NCBI GenBank assembly: GCA_043744345.1
Contig: JAYTUW010000043.1
Coordinates: forward strand, 6,535 to 70,534
DNA length: 64,000 bases
Source of the DNA: Sideroxydans sp.
GTDB taxonomy: Bacteria > Pseudomonadota > Gammaproteobacteria > Burkholderiales > Gallionellaceae
Reading direction: 5' to 3'
Shown: one piece after another, positions 45,616-54,146 of the stretch
How the letters are laid out: each line of letters starts with the position of its first letter
How positions within the stretch are numbered: the stretch's first letter is position 1
Notes under the pieces: generated by a model
Databases searched by the model: none
What the model was told of the DNA's origin: nothing
What the model saw: only the letters and a program-made list of their open reading frames with translations
Program-made: the position numbers and the translations under genes

Positions 45616-46612
45616 GATTCTTCCCTCCGTTGAGCGGCTCGCCCGAATCCGCAACCATCATTCTTTCCACCCTGAGCGCGTACTGCCCGTTTGACGCGCC
45701 ATATTTGCATTCCATCACCGGTACACCGTCGACCTGCACCTGGATGTCGTCTTCCACTTCCAGCGGGATCACATCGCCGCTGCGCATTTTTAAAACGTGT
45801 TCCAGGCTCATTTTGCTGTGGCCGAGTATGGCAGTGAGCTCGATCTCGGCCGACTGGATCTGCTTTGAAAGCATGTGCAGCCAGCGCTTGTCGGCGATGA
45901 AATGGTCGCCCTGCATGGTGCTGTAGAGCAGTTCGCGGATCGGTTCGATCATCGCGTACGGCATGCAGACATGGATGGATCCGCCGACGCCGGTGAACTC
46001 AACCTCGAAGGTTGTCACGACGACGACTTCGTTCGGCGTGGCGATGTTGGCGAACTGCGGATTGACCTCCGAGCGCACAAATTCGAAATCGAGTTTGTAA
46101 ACCGGCTCCCAGGATTTTCCGTAGGTCTGGAACAGCACGTCCAGCAGTTTCTGGATGATGCGGTGCTCGGTCTGGGTGAATTCGCGGCCCTCGACGCGCG
46201 TGTGAAAGCGCCCGTCACCGCCGAACATGCTGTCCACCACGGTGAACACCAGGTTGGGGTCGAAAATGAACAGCGCGTTGCCGCGCAGCGGCTTGACCTG
46301 CACCAGGTTCAGGTTGGCCGGAACGGGCAGATTGCGGATGAACTCGGAGAACTTCATGACCTTCACCGGGCCGACCGAGACTTCGGAGGAGCGGTGGATG
46401 AAGTTGTACAGCGCGATGCGGAACAGGCGCGCGAAACGCTCGTTGATGATCTCCATGGTGGGCATGCGCCCGCGCACGATGCGTTCCTGCGTCGCCATGT
46501 TGTAAGGACGCACCTCCCCTTCCGCCAGATCCGTCTTGGCTTCTTCGGCTTCGCCCGTGACGCCCCGCAGCAGCGAGTCGACTTCGTCTTGGGAGAGGAA
46601 TTCCTTGCTCAT
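45608..46612 (-). CDS. fliM: Flagellar C-ring switch protein FliM
   Basis: The N-terminal CheY-P binding motif is LSQDEVDSLL. FliM middle and C-terminal domains follow. Confidence 0.95.
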   Translation of the reverse strand: MSKEFLSQDEVDSLLRGVTGEAEEAKTDLAEGEVRPYNMATQERIVRGRMPTMEIINERFARLFRIALYNFIHRSSEVSVGPVKVMKFSEFIRNLPVPANLNLVQVKPLRGNALFIFDPNLVFTVVDSMFGGDGRFHTRVEGREFTQTEHRIIQKLLDVLFQTYGKSWEPVYKLDFEFVRSEVNPQFANIATPNEVVVVTTFEVEFTGVGGSIHVCMPYAMIEPIRELLYSTMQGDHFIADKRWLHMLSKQIQSAEIELTAILGHSKMSLEHVLKMRSGDVIPLEVEDDIQVQVDGVPVMECKYGASNGQYALRVERMMVADSGEPLNGGKNHG

Positions 46613-46627
46613 GGCATCAACTCGTCT

Positions 46628-47257
46628 TCACTGGATGATGAACGAGGTGAACAGCACGTCCACCACACCTTTGGTTTTTGGGGCCGCAGCCGGGGTCTCC
46701 TGGTGCGCAACCGGAGCAGAGGCGGCTTCGGCTGCCACCGGTGCGGAGGCGGTCGCGGCGACAACCGCGGCGTGCGCCGGGGCGCTGCCCAGACCCAGAA
46801 CGGAATCGACTTCAACGATGATCTCGGCGATCAGTTTCTTCTTGCCCTCCTGGGTCTGCAGTTCGGAGGGAAACTTGCTGGAAAGCAGGAACAGCAGCTT
46901 GCTGCGGATCTCGGGCATCGCTGCCTTGATTTTTTCTTCCAGTTCCGGCTCCAGGATCTTCAGCGTAATGCCGGCCTGCAGATACTGGTCACCTTCCTCG
47001 CGTTGCAGGTTGACCGTGAAGTTCTCGCCCAGCGGAACGAATTTGGCTTCATGTACCGGTTCGTGTTTTGTCTCTGCGGCGTGCTCGTCGGCCGGGGCGC
47101 TGCCTTTGGTGAAGAACCATGCCGCTCCGCCGCCTGCGATCAGGAGCAGCAGAACGATGACGATCACCAGCATCTTTTTGCTTTTGGGTGGCGCAGCGGC
47201 CGCTGTCTCTTCTTTGGCAGCCGGTGCGGCAGGTTTGGCAGGAGGTTTCGTCGCCAT
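46628..47257 (-). CDS. fliL: Flagellar basal-body-associated protein FliL
   Basis: It has a single TM segment (MLVIVIVLLLLIAGGGAAWFF) and the FliL core FVPLGENFTVNLQREEGDQYLQAGITLKI...LSSKFPSELQTQEGKKKL. It also carries an Ala/Pro-rich C-terminal tail. Confidence 0.85.
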   Translation of the reverse strand: MATKPPAKPAAPAAKEETAAAAPPKSKKMLVIVIVLLLLIAGGGAAWFFTKGSAPADEHAAETKHEPVHEAKFVPLGENFTVNLQREEGDQYLQAGITLKILEPELEEKIKAAMPEIRSKLLFLLSSKFPSELQTQEGKKKLIAEIIVEVDSVLGLGSAPAHAAVVAATASAPVAAEAASAPVAHQETPAAAPKTKGVVDVLFTSFIIQ

Positions 47258-47348
47258 TTCGCAATTCCTTTTGGTTAGTTGGCATTATGGAGTTCGTCTA
47301 TCGCCTGCCATCGTTGGAATAAAGCCGGAAACCGACCCTATTTCACTA

Positions 47349-48470
47349 TCAGGCGAATGTGTCCACTATACCGTTATGGCGTGAGATTGGGGAAACCCGG
47401 GGGGCGCTATTGCCCGTCAGCGGCGTGTCGCGAATATCATTTGAGTTCGGTGTGAACGAGCGTTGCGCACCGGATTGATTCGGGTCGCGCGGAGCCTGGT
47501 CGCTGACCGTGGCATTGCCCAGCATGATGCCGTTGTCGGCCATCATGTCCCGCAATCTGGGCATTGCCTGCTCGATCGCGTCACGCACCGCCGCATGCGG
47601 CGACGTGAACAGGGCAGTTGCCTGATCGCCGCTGACCTTGATGACCACGTCGAGTGGCCCCAGTTGCGGCGGATTCAGATGCAGTTCGGCTGTCTGATCC
47701 TTGTTGGAGGAGGCCAGCCAGGTGATCTTCTGGCTGAATTCATCGGCCCATTTGTCCTGCGTGACGGGGGTGTTGACCGTCAGCTGCGCGGGCGGGATGA
47801 CTGCTGCGGCGATGTTGGCCGCGGAATTTTGCACGGCGGCAAGCGCGGCAGCGTTGGGCTGCGGCGTGACGACAACGGCCGCTGAGGCTGTTTCGCGCAC
47901 GGCGGACAGTTCAAGCGGCGTGGGCGCCCGATTTGCCGATTCGGTGAGGGCTGCGGCGAATGTCTGCTCCCGGACCTGAACGCCGGGATTCACAGCCGCA
48001 TCGCCTTTCGGCGTCAGATCAGTCTTGATCACGGTGGTGGCATCTGATTTCTGCAGGGGGTTCCCCCTTTTTGCCGACAGGGCATCGGTGGTGATTGCGG
48101 GCGCGTCAGACTTGGCGGCGGTCGATGCTGAAGTTGAAGCCGTGGCGGTGTTCATGACTTGGGGAAGCATTGCGGCAAGTATGTCCGCGGGCAATGTTGT
48201 CGCGGTGTCCGCGGGAATGACATCGGGTTTGGCCGGGTCGGCAGCATCGGCTTTGTCGGTTTTTACATCCGCGACGAGCGGATTCAGCAGAAACGGGGAA
48301 AGTTTGCCGTCTGCTTTGGCATCCCTGGCGTTCGGATCATTGATCTGGCGTGCCAGCACCTCGCCGAAAGGCTGGGCGTTTTGTGAATCGGCGTCGGCGG
48401 CGCTATTGACCGCCTGTTTGGAAACCGCCGCTGCCTGCGGTGTGCTGCTCATGATGGGAAGGTTGGTCAT
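47349..48470 (-). CDS. fliK: Flagellar hook-length control protein FliK
   Basis: The N-terminal part is low-complexity and rich in Ala, Thr and Pro. The conserved C-domain reads LHLNPPQLGPLDVVIKVSGDQATALFTSPHAAVRDAIEQAMPRLRDMMADNGIMLG. Confidence 0.8.
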   Translation of the reverse strand: MTNLPIMSSTPQAAAVSKQAVNSAADADSQNAQPFGEVLARQINDPNARDAKADGKLSPFLLNPLVADVKTDKADAADPAKPDVIPADTATTLPADILAAMLPQVMNTATASTSASTAAKSDAPAITTDALSAKRGNPLQKSDATTVIKTDLTPKGDAAVNPGVQVREQTFAAALTESANRAPTPLELSAVRETASAAVVVTPQPNAAALAAVQNSAANIAAAVIPPAQLTVNTPVTQDKWADEFSQKITWLASSNKDQTAELHLNPPQLGPLDVVIKVSGDQATALFTSPHAAVRDAIEQAMPRLRDMMADNGIMLGNATVSDQAPRDPNQSGAQRSFTPNSNDIRDTPLTGNSAPRVSPISRHNGIVDTFA

Positions 48471-48487
48471 GTCGTATGCTCCTGTGA

Positions 48488-48949
48488 TTACTGGTCGCCG
48501 TTCTTCTCCGCCGTGCGATAGGCAGCCAGGCGGCCGGTGTGTTCGTCCTGGATCTTTTGCTCGCTTTTGGCTTCAATTTTCTTTTCCGCCTCGACATGGC
48601 GTTGTGCCAGCGTGTCGAAGGATTTCATCTTGCGCGTCGTGTCCATCAGTTCGCTGCGGCCGGTCTGCACACCCGCCTTGGTCTTATCGATCACCGAAGT
48701 CTGCTGCCGGATAGCCTGGTCAAGGCGTCCGATGAAATCCTGGAAGTTCTTCATGTCGACCGGGGACATCCCCGCCTTGGCTTCTTCCTGGAACTTGACC
48801 TGGTAATCCTTGCGGTACTGCTGCAGCGCGTCCAGCTTCTCCTGGGCGGTCTGGTGCTGCTGGTTGAGCTGGCCGAGCTTCTTCGTGGCGGCATCGTTCT
48901 TCTGTTGCGCCAGATGGACCAGGGGTTGCAGTGAGAACGGCTTGATCAT
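48488..48949 (-). CDS. fliJ: Flagellar export chaperone/stalk FliJ
   Basis: This coiled-coil protein is 153 aa (LVHLAQQKNDAATKKLGQLNQQHQTAQEKLDALQQYRKDY) and lies between fliI and fliK. Confidence 0.8.
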   Translation of the reverse strand: MIKPFSLQPLVHLAQQKNDAATKKLGQLNQQHQTAQEKLDALQQYRKDYQVKFQEEAKAGMSPVDMKNFQDFIGRLDQAIRQQTSVIDKTKAGVQTGRSELMDTTRKMKSFDTLAQRHVEAEKKIEAKSEQKIQDEHTGRLAAYRTAEKNGDQ

Positions 48950-48959
48950 TTATCGACTT

Positions 48960-50357
48960 TCATTCAGTGGGAAACAGCTCGGAGAATTTCTCCATGCTCG
49001 AAACATAGGGTTCGGATTCGTACATTCCCTGCTTGAGGAAATGCTCCATGTAAGGGTAAAGGACGATGGCATCATCCAGCAACGGGTCGCTGCCTTTGAC
49101 ATAGGCACCAACGCTGATCAAGTCGTGGTTGCGCTGGTAATGCGCATACAGGTGCTTGAAGCGCTGCACCTGCTGGAAATGCTGCGGGCTGACCAGATGG
49201 TTCATGGCGCGACTGATCGAGGACTCGATGTCGATGGCCGGATAATGCCCGGCTTCGGCCAGACGCCGCGACAGCACGATGTGGCCGTCCAGGATGGCGC
49301 GCGCACTGTCGGCGATGGGATCCTGCTGGTCGTCGCCCTCGGTCAGCACGGTGTAGAACGCGGTGATCGAACCGCCGCCTTCCGCGCCGTTGCCCGCGCG
49401 CTCCACCAGTTGCGGAAGCTTGGCGAATACGGAAGGCGGATAACCCTTGGTGGCGGGCGGCTCGCCGATGGCCAGCGCGATCTCGCGTTGCGCCATGGCG
49501 TAGCGGGTGAGCGAATCCATGATCAGCAGCACGTTCTTGCCCTGGTCGCGGAAATATTCGGCGATGGTGGTGGCGTAGGCCGCGCCCTGCAGGCGCATCA
49601 GCGGGCTGGTGTCGGCGGGCGCGGCGACCACGACAGAGCGTGCCAGTCCGGACTTGCCCAGAATGTCGGTGATGAATTCTTTCACTTCGCGGCCGCGTTC
49701 TCCGATCAGCCCGACCACGATCACGTCGGCGCTGGTGTAGCGCGCCATCATGCCCAGCAGCACGCTCTTGCCGACGCCGGAACCGGAGAACAGGCCCATG
49801 CGCTGGCCGCGACCGACGGTGAGCAGGCTGTTGATGGCGCGCACGCCGACATCCAGTTCGTCCTTGATGGCGGCGCGTTCCAGCGGGTTGATGGGGCGGC
49901 TTTGCAGCGGCGCGCTCTTGCCTTCCAGCAGGGGGCCGAGCTGGTCCAGCGGGCGACCGGCACCGTCCAGCACCCGTCCCAGCAGATGTTCGCCGACCGG
50001 CAGGTGCCGCGCCAGATCGGCGGTGCGGCGGCGCGGTTGCTGGCGCTGGCCGATGGTGGCGGGTACGCGCAGCGGTTCGGACGGTGTCACGCGAGCCCCC
50101 GGGACCAGCCCCTGCACATCGTTTTCCGGCATCAGGAACAGCCTGTCGCCCGCGAAGCCGACCACTTCCGCCTCGATGCGGTTGTTCGGCAACTCAATCC
50201 AACAGGTGCTGCCCACCGCCATGCGCAGGCCGACCGCTTCCATCACCAGCCCGGTGACCTTGGTCAGATGCCCGGTGACCTGCAAAGGGCTGCTCTGCGC
50301 GACCATGTCGCGGTTCAGGTGCAGCAGGTCTTGCCAGCGCTGTTGGTGGATGTTCAT
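48960..50357 (-). CDS. fliI: Flagellum-specific ATPase FliI
   Basis: The Walker A motif [13 protein letters not shown] and an F1-like fold are present. The ATG at 50357 forms an ATGA overlap with the fliH stop. An alternative start lies at 50372. Confidence 0.95.
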   Translation of the reverse strand: MNIHQQRWQDLLHLNRDMVAQSSPLQVTGHLTKVTGLVMEAVGLRMAVGSTCWIELPNNRIEAEVVGFAGDRLFLMPENDVQGLVPGARVTPSEPLRVPATIGQRQQPRRRTADLARHLPVGEHLLGRVLDGAGRPLDQLGPLLEGKSAPLQSRPINPLERAAIKDELDVGVRAINSLLTVGRGQRMGLFSGSGVGKSVLLGMMARYTSADVIVVGLIGERGREVKEFITDILGKSGLARSVVVAAPADTSPLMRLQGAAYATTIAEYFRDQGKNVLLIMDSLTRYAMAQREIALAIGEPPATKGYPPSVFAKLPQLVERAGNGAEGGGSITAFYTVLTEGDDQQDPIADSARAILDGHIVLSRRLAEAGHYPAIDIESSISRAMNHLVSPQHFQQVQRFKHLYAHYQRNHDLISVGAYVKGSDPLLDDAIVLYPYMEHFLKQGMYESEPYVSSMEKFSELFPTE

Positions 50358-50980
50358 TCCTGTATCAACCATTTAGTGTCCTGCCCCAGGGCCGCGACCA
50401 CGCGGTTCCAGCGCGTTTCCAGCGACGCGTCGATCTGGCTGTTGGCGGTCTCGATACGGGCACCGCCGCGTTCCACGCGCGCGTCCTCGAAGATCTTCCA
50501 GCCGGAATGCGTCAATTGTTCCCCCATGCGTTCGCGCACCAGCGCGGCATCCTCGGGATTCAGCACCAGATGCGCGCTCTGGTTGACGTGCGGCAGCGTG
50601 CCAATGGCCTCGCGCACCACACCCAGCAACAGTTCCGGCTCCACCTTGAGCGCCTGGTGCAGCACCTGGCGCGCGATATCCAGCGACAGGGCCAGCAGCT
50701 CGCTCGCGACCTGTTCGTCCATCTGCTGTTCGAACGCGCTGATCAGTTCGGCAAAGCGCTGATTCTCCTGCAGCGCCCGTTGCAGACCTTCCGCCCGACC
50801 GGCCTGGTATCCCTCGTCGCGTGCCTGGCGCTGTATTCCTTCGATCTGCGAAGCGGTGGGAAGTGCCACCCCGCCCGGCCGAAATACGGTGCCCGAGTCG
50901 AAGTTCGGTGCCTCCCAACGCTGCCAGGCGGTGAGGTTTTCGGGAGCCGCTTCCGTGGTGGCGGTGGCGAGGTCAGACAT
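50354..50980 (-). CDS. fliH: Flagellar export regulator FliH
   Basis: It lies between fliG and fliI. The FliH-like C-terminal half reads [16 protein letters not shown]...[29 protein letters not shown]. Confidence 0.8.
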   Translation of the reverse strand: MSDLATATTEAAPENLTAWQRWEAPNFDSGTVFRPGGVALPTASQIEGIQRQARDEGYQAGRAEGLQRALQENQRFAELISAFEQQMDEQVASELLALSLDIARQVLHQALKVEPELLLGVVREAIGTLPHVNQSAHLVLNPEDAALVRERMGEQLTHSGWKIFEDARVERGGARIETANSQIDASLETRWNRVVAALGQDTKWLIQE

Positions 50981-51962
50981 ATTCTTCCTCTCCCTTGCCG
51001 CCCAGCATCAACTGACCCTCGTCGGCCAGACGGCGCACGACCTTGAGGATTTCCTTCTGTTCGGATTCCACTTCGCTGAGTTTGACCGGACCCTTGGCTT
51101 CCAGATCCTCGCGCAGCATCTCGGCGGCACGTTGCGACATGTTTTTGAATACCTTCTCGCGCAGTTCCTCGCTGGCACCCTTGAGGGCGACGATGAGGGA
51201 TTCGGACTGGACTTCGCGCAGGATGAGCTGGATGCCGCGGTCTTCCACTTCCAGCAGGTCTTCGAACACGAACATTTCGTCCATCATCTTCTGCGCCAGA
51301 TCGGCATCGTGGCCGCGCACCGATTCCAGCACGGCTTCCTGGTTGCCCATGTAGTTGAGAATCTCGGCGGCGGTCTTGATACCGCCGCGTATGCTCTTCT
51401 TGCCGACCGCGTTGCCCGCGAGCAGCTTGACCAGCACGTCGTTCAATTCCTGCAGCGCGGTGGGTTGCACGCTGTCCAGCGTGGCGATACGCAGCATCAC
51501 GTCGTTGCGCAGGCGCTCGGTCAGCAGTGCCATGACGGCGGCCGCCTGTTCCGGCTCCAGGTGCACCATGATGGTGGCGATGATCTGCGGGTGTTCGTTG
51601 GCGATCAGGTCCGAGATGGACGAGGGGTCCATCCACTTCAGGCTCTCCAAACCGCTGGTGTCGCTGTTGTGCAGGATGCGGTCGAGCAGGCCGGCGGCCT
51701 TGTCGTCGCCCAGTGCCTTGGTGAGCATGTCGCGGATGTATTCGCCGGAGTCCATGCCGATGGTGGTCTTTTCGGCCGCGACCTGGTGGAACTCGTCGAA
51801 AACGTTGGTGATCTCGTCGCGCGACAGGTTCTTGATCGCGACCATGGCCGAGCTGATCTTCTGCACCTCTTTCGGCTCCAGATATTTCATCACCTCGGCG
51901 GCCTCCGCGGCGCCCAGTGTCATGAGCAGGATCGCGCTCTTGTTGATGCCTTCGTCGCTCAT
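50973..51962 (-). CDS. fliG: Flagellar rotor/switch protein FliG
   Basis: It contains GINKSAILLMTLGAAEAAEVMKYL and the C-terminal torque helix region MSQRAAEMLREDLEAKGPVKLSEVESEQKEIL. The ATGA overlaps the fliF stop. Confidence 0.95.
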   Translation of the reverse strand: MSDEGINKSAILLMTLGAAEAAEVMKYLEPKEVQKISSAMVAIKNLSRDEITNVFDEFHQVAAEKTTIGMDSGEYIRDMLTKALGDDKAAGLLDRILHNSDTSGLESLKWMDPSSISDLIANEHPQIIATIMVHLEPEQAAAVMALLTERLRNDVMLRIATLDSVQPTALQELNDVLVKLLAGNAVGKKSIRGGIKTAAEILNYMGNQEAVLESVRGHDADLAQKMMDEMFVFEDLLEVEDRGIQLILREVQSESLIVALKGASEELREKVFKNMSQRAAEMLREDLEAKGPVKLSEVESEQKEILKVVRRLADEGQLMLGGKGEEEYV

Positions 51963-53578
51963 TCTTTGTTCACCCACTGTTTGACTACCGTGGCGACGAT
52001 CTTGGGATCGTCTTTCGCCAATTGCTTGGCGAGCTGCAGGTTGTCGTCATAAGAGTTGCCGGCTTGCTGCGCGGCGTAGGCGCCGGTCGCGCCGCCCTGG
52101 TGGTGGACGGTCTGGCTGGCTGCCCAGTCCTGTTCCTGCGCGGCGCTTTGCGTGATGATGGTCTTGAACGCGGGTTTGATGACGCCGAACAGCAGGAAGC
52201 CGATGCCGCCCGCGATGACCAGATATTTGAAGATGTCCTTGGCCAGCGCGATGGTGTCGGGCTGTTTCCAGATCGGGGTGGTCGCGATCACTTCCTGTGT
52301 CTCGTTGAAGGCGCTGTTGAGCAGGTTCAGGCTGTCGCCGCGCTTGGCATCGAAGCCCACAGTCTCTTTCACCAGCGCGGTGATCTGGGCTTTTTCGGCG
52401 TCGGTGTAGGGACGTGTGGATACTTTGCCGTCCTTGTCGGTGCTGCTGGGGTTGTTCACCACCACGGCGATGGACAGGCGCTTGATGCTGCCCACCGGCG
52501 CCTTGGTGTGCTGGATGGTGCGGTCCACTTCATAGTTGGTGGTCAGTTCTTTATGGGTGTTGCTGGCAGAGTCTGCCGCAGCCGCGACCGCGCTGGAGGG
52601 CGAGACGATGGGCGCGGTGGCCGGAACGGGCGGCTGGTTGGAAAGCGCCCCCGGTACCCCCCCGGTCGTCGTGGTGCCGTTCAGCGTCTCCAGTGTCTGC
52701 AGGCTGCGTACCGCGGCCTGGTTGGGCGGCTGGTTGGGACGGAAAGTCTCCGCAGTCTGTTCGGTCTGCGCGAAGTCGAGGTTGGCGGTGACCTGCGCGC
52801 GCACGTTCATCACCCCGGTAATCGGGATCAGGATGTCCTCGATGCGCTTGACGTAATCCTGCTCGATCTGGCGCACGTATTTGAGCTGGGTCGCATCCAT
52901 CAGCTGTTCGGCGCGGCTGTCGCGGGCCGAACTCAGCAGGGTGCCGGACTGGTCCACCACGGTGACGCCCTGCGACGGCATGTTGGGGACGCTGCTGGAG
53001 ATCAGGTGCACGATGGCGCTGACCTGTCCGTCGTCCAGGGTGCGTCCGGCGTGCAGCGAGAGCACCACCGACGCGCTGGGTTTTTGCTGTTCTTTCACGA
53101 ATACAGTCGATTTCGGGATGGCCAGATGCACCCGGGCGGCCGCGACCGAGGCCATGGTTTCCACCGAGCGTGCCAGCTCACCTTCCAGCGCGCGCTGGTA
53201 ATTCACCTGCTCCAAAAATTGGCTGGTGCCGAATTTCTGGTTTTCCATCAGTTCAAAACCCACCGTGCCGCCCTTGGGCAGTCCCTTGGCAGCCATTTGC
53301 AGGCGCACTTCGTGTACCCGGTCGGCGGGCACCATGAGCGTGCCGCCCTCCGAGAACTTGTAGGCGATGTTTTGTTGTTGCAGGGATTCGATCACCGAGC
53401 CGCCGTCGCGTTCGGACAGGTTGGCGTAGAGCACGCGGTAATCCGGCGTCTGCCCCCACATGAATAACCCTGCCAGCAATGCGACCGTGGCGGCCACGGC
53501 GACAATCACGCCAAGCTTCTGCTGGTTGGGCATGCCGAAGAGCAGTTGGGTCAAAGAAGTGTTTGTATTTTCAGCCAT
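51959..53578 (-). CDS. fliF: Flagellar MS-ring protein FliF
   Basis: The internal start gives MAENTNTSLTQLLFGMPNQQKLGVIVAVAATVALLAGLFMW. YscJ/FliF ring-building motifs follow. The track's 104-codon 5' extension overlaps the fliE promoter region and was rejected. The start coordinate was derived by residue counting in the track ORF. Confidence 0.88.
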   Translation of the reverse strand: MAENTNTSLTQLLFGMPNQQKLGVIVAVAATVALLAGLFMWGQTPDYRVLYANLSERDGGSVIESLQQQNIAYKFSEGGTLMVPADRVHEVRLQMAAKGLPKGGTVGFELMENQKFGTSQFLEQVNYQRALEGELARSVETMASVAAARVHLAIPKSTVFVKEQQKPSASVVLSLHAGRTLDDGQVSAIVHLISSSVPNMPSQGVTVVDQSGTLLSSARDSRAEQLMDATQLKYVRQIEQDYVKRIEDILIPITGVMNVRAQVTANLDFAQTEQTAETFRPNQPPNQAAVRSLQTLETLNGTTTTGGVPGALSNQPPVPATAPIVSPSSAVAAAADSASNTHKELTTNYEVDRTIQHTKAPVGSIKRLSIAVVVNNPSSTDKDGKVSTRPYTDAEKAQITALVKETVGFDAKRGDSLNLLNSAFNETQEVIATTPIWKQPDTIALAKDIFKYLVIAGGIGFLLFGVIKPAFKTIITQSAAQEQDWAASQTVHHQGGATGAYAAQQAGNSYDDNLQLAKQLAKDDPKIVATVVKQWVNKE

Positions 53579-53741
53579 GCTTTTCTTCCGGATGGAAACA
53601 AGGGGTAGTCCCTCACGCTGGGCATTATCTGCCCGCCGCGCAAGATTGGTAAGCCGAAAAGCGGGGGAAATCGGGTGCTTTTCCCAAGCTAGACCGGCGA
53701 TTCCCGCGCGTAGAGTGCTGTCATGGAAATGGAGGTGAATC

Positions 53742-54068
53742 ATGAGCATGAACGTGAGTAATGTGGACAGCCTGCTGGCCCAAATGCGCGCGGCGATGGT
53801 GGCCGCACAGGGGCAGCCGGTGCAAACCCCGGCCGCCACCGGCGGGGTGGATTTTGCCAATGTGCTGAAATCCTCGCTGGATGGCGTCAATCAGGCGCAA
53901 CACCAGGCCGAAGACCTGCAAAAGGCTTTTGTGCTGGGCGACGACAAGGTCAGCCTGAGTGATACCATGATCGCCATGCAGAAAGCGAACATCTCGTTCC
54001 AGACGGCCGTACAGGTGCGCAACAAGGTGGTGGCGGCCTATAACGACATCATGAACATGCAGGTCTGA
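53742..54068 (+). CDS. fliE: Flagellar hook-basal body protein FliE
   Basis: This 108-aa protein contains FANVLKSSLDGVNQAQHQAEDL...LSDTMIAMQKANISFQTAVQVRNKVVAAYNDIMNMQV and is divergent from fliF. Confidence 0.92.
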   Translation: MSMNVSNVDSLLAQMRAAMVAAQGQPVQTPAATGGVDFANVLKSSLDGVNQAQHQAEDLQKAFVLGDDKVSLSDTMIAMQKANISFQTAVQVRNKVVAAYNDIMNMQV

Positions 54069-54146
54069 TCTCGGGAACTGCTTTGGTGCTCAATCCGCGG
54101 GTGTGTAGCCGGATTCATTTGAAGCAAGACTTTGAGTGGCGTAAAA

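Noticed and set aside
53579-53741. Sigma-54 promoters in the fliF/fliE and flgA/flgB (20364-20498) divergent regions.
   Set aside because: GG...GC pairs are present (for example TTGGTAAGCCGAAAAGC and TGGGCATTATCTGC), but the GG-to-GC spacing is off by one or more nucleotides and the -12 TTGC is missing. No call was made.
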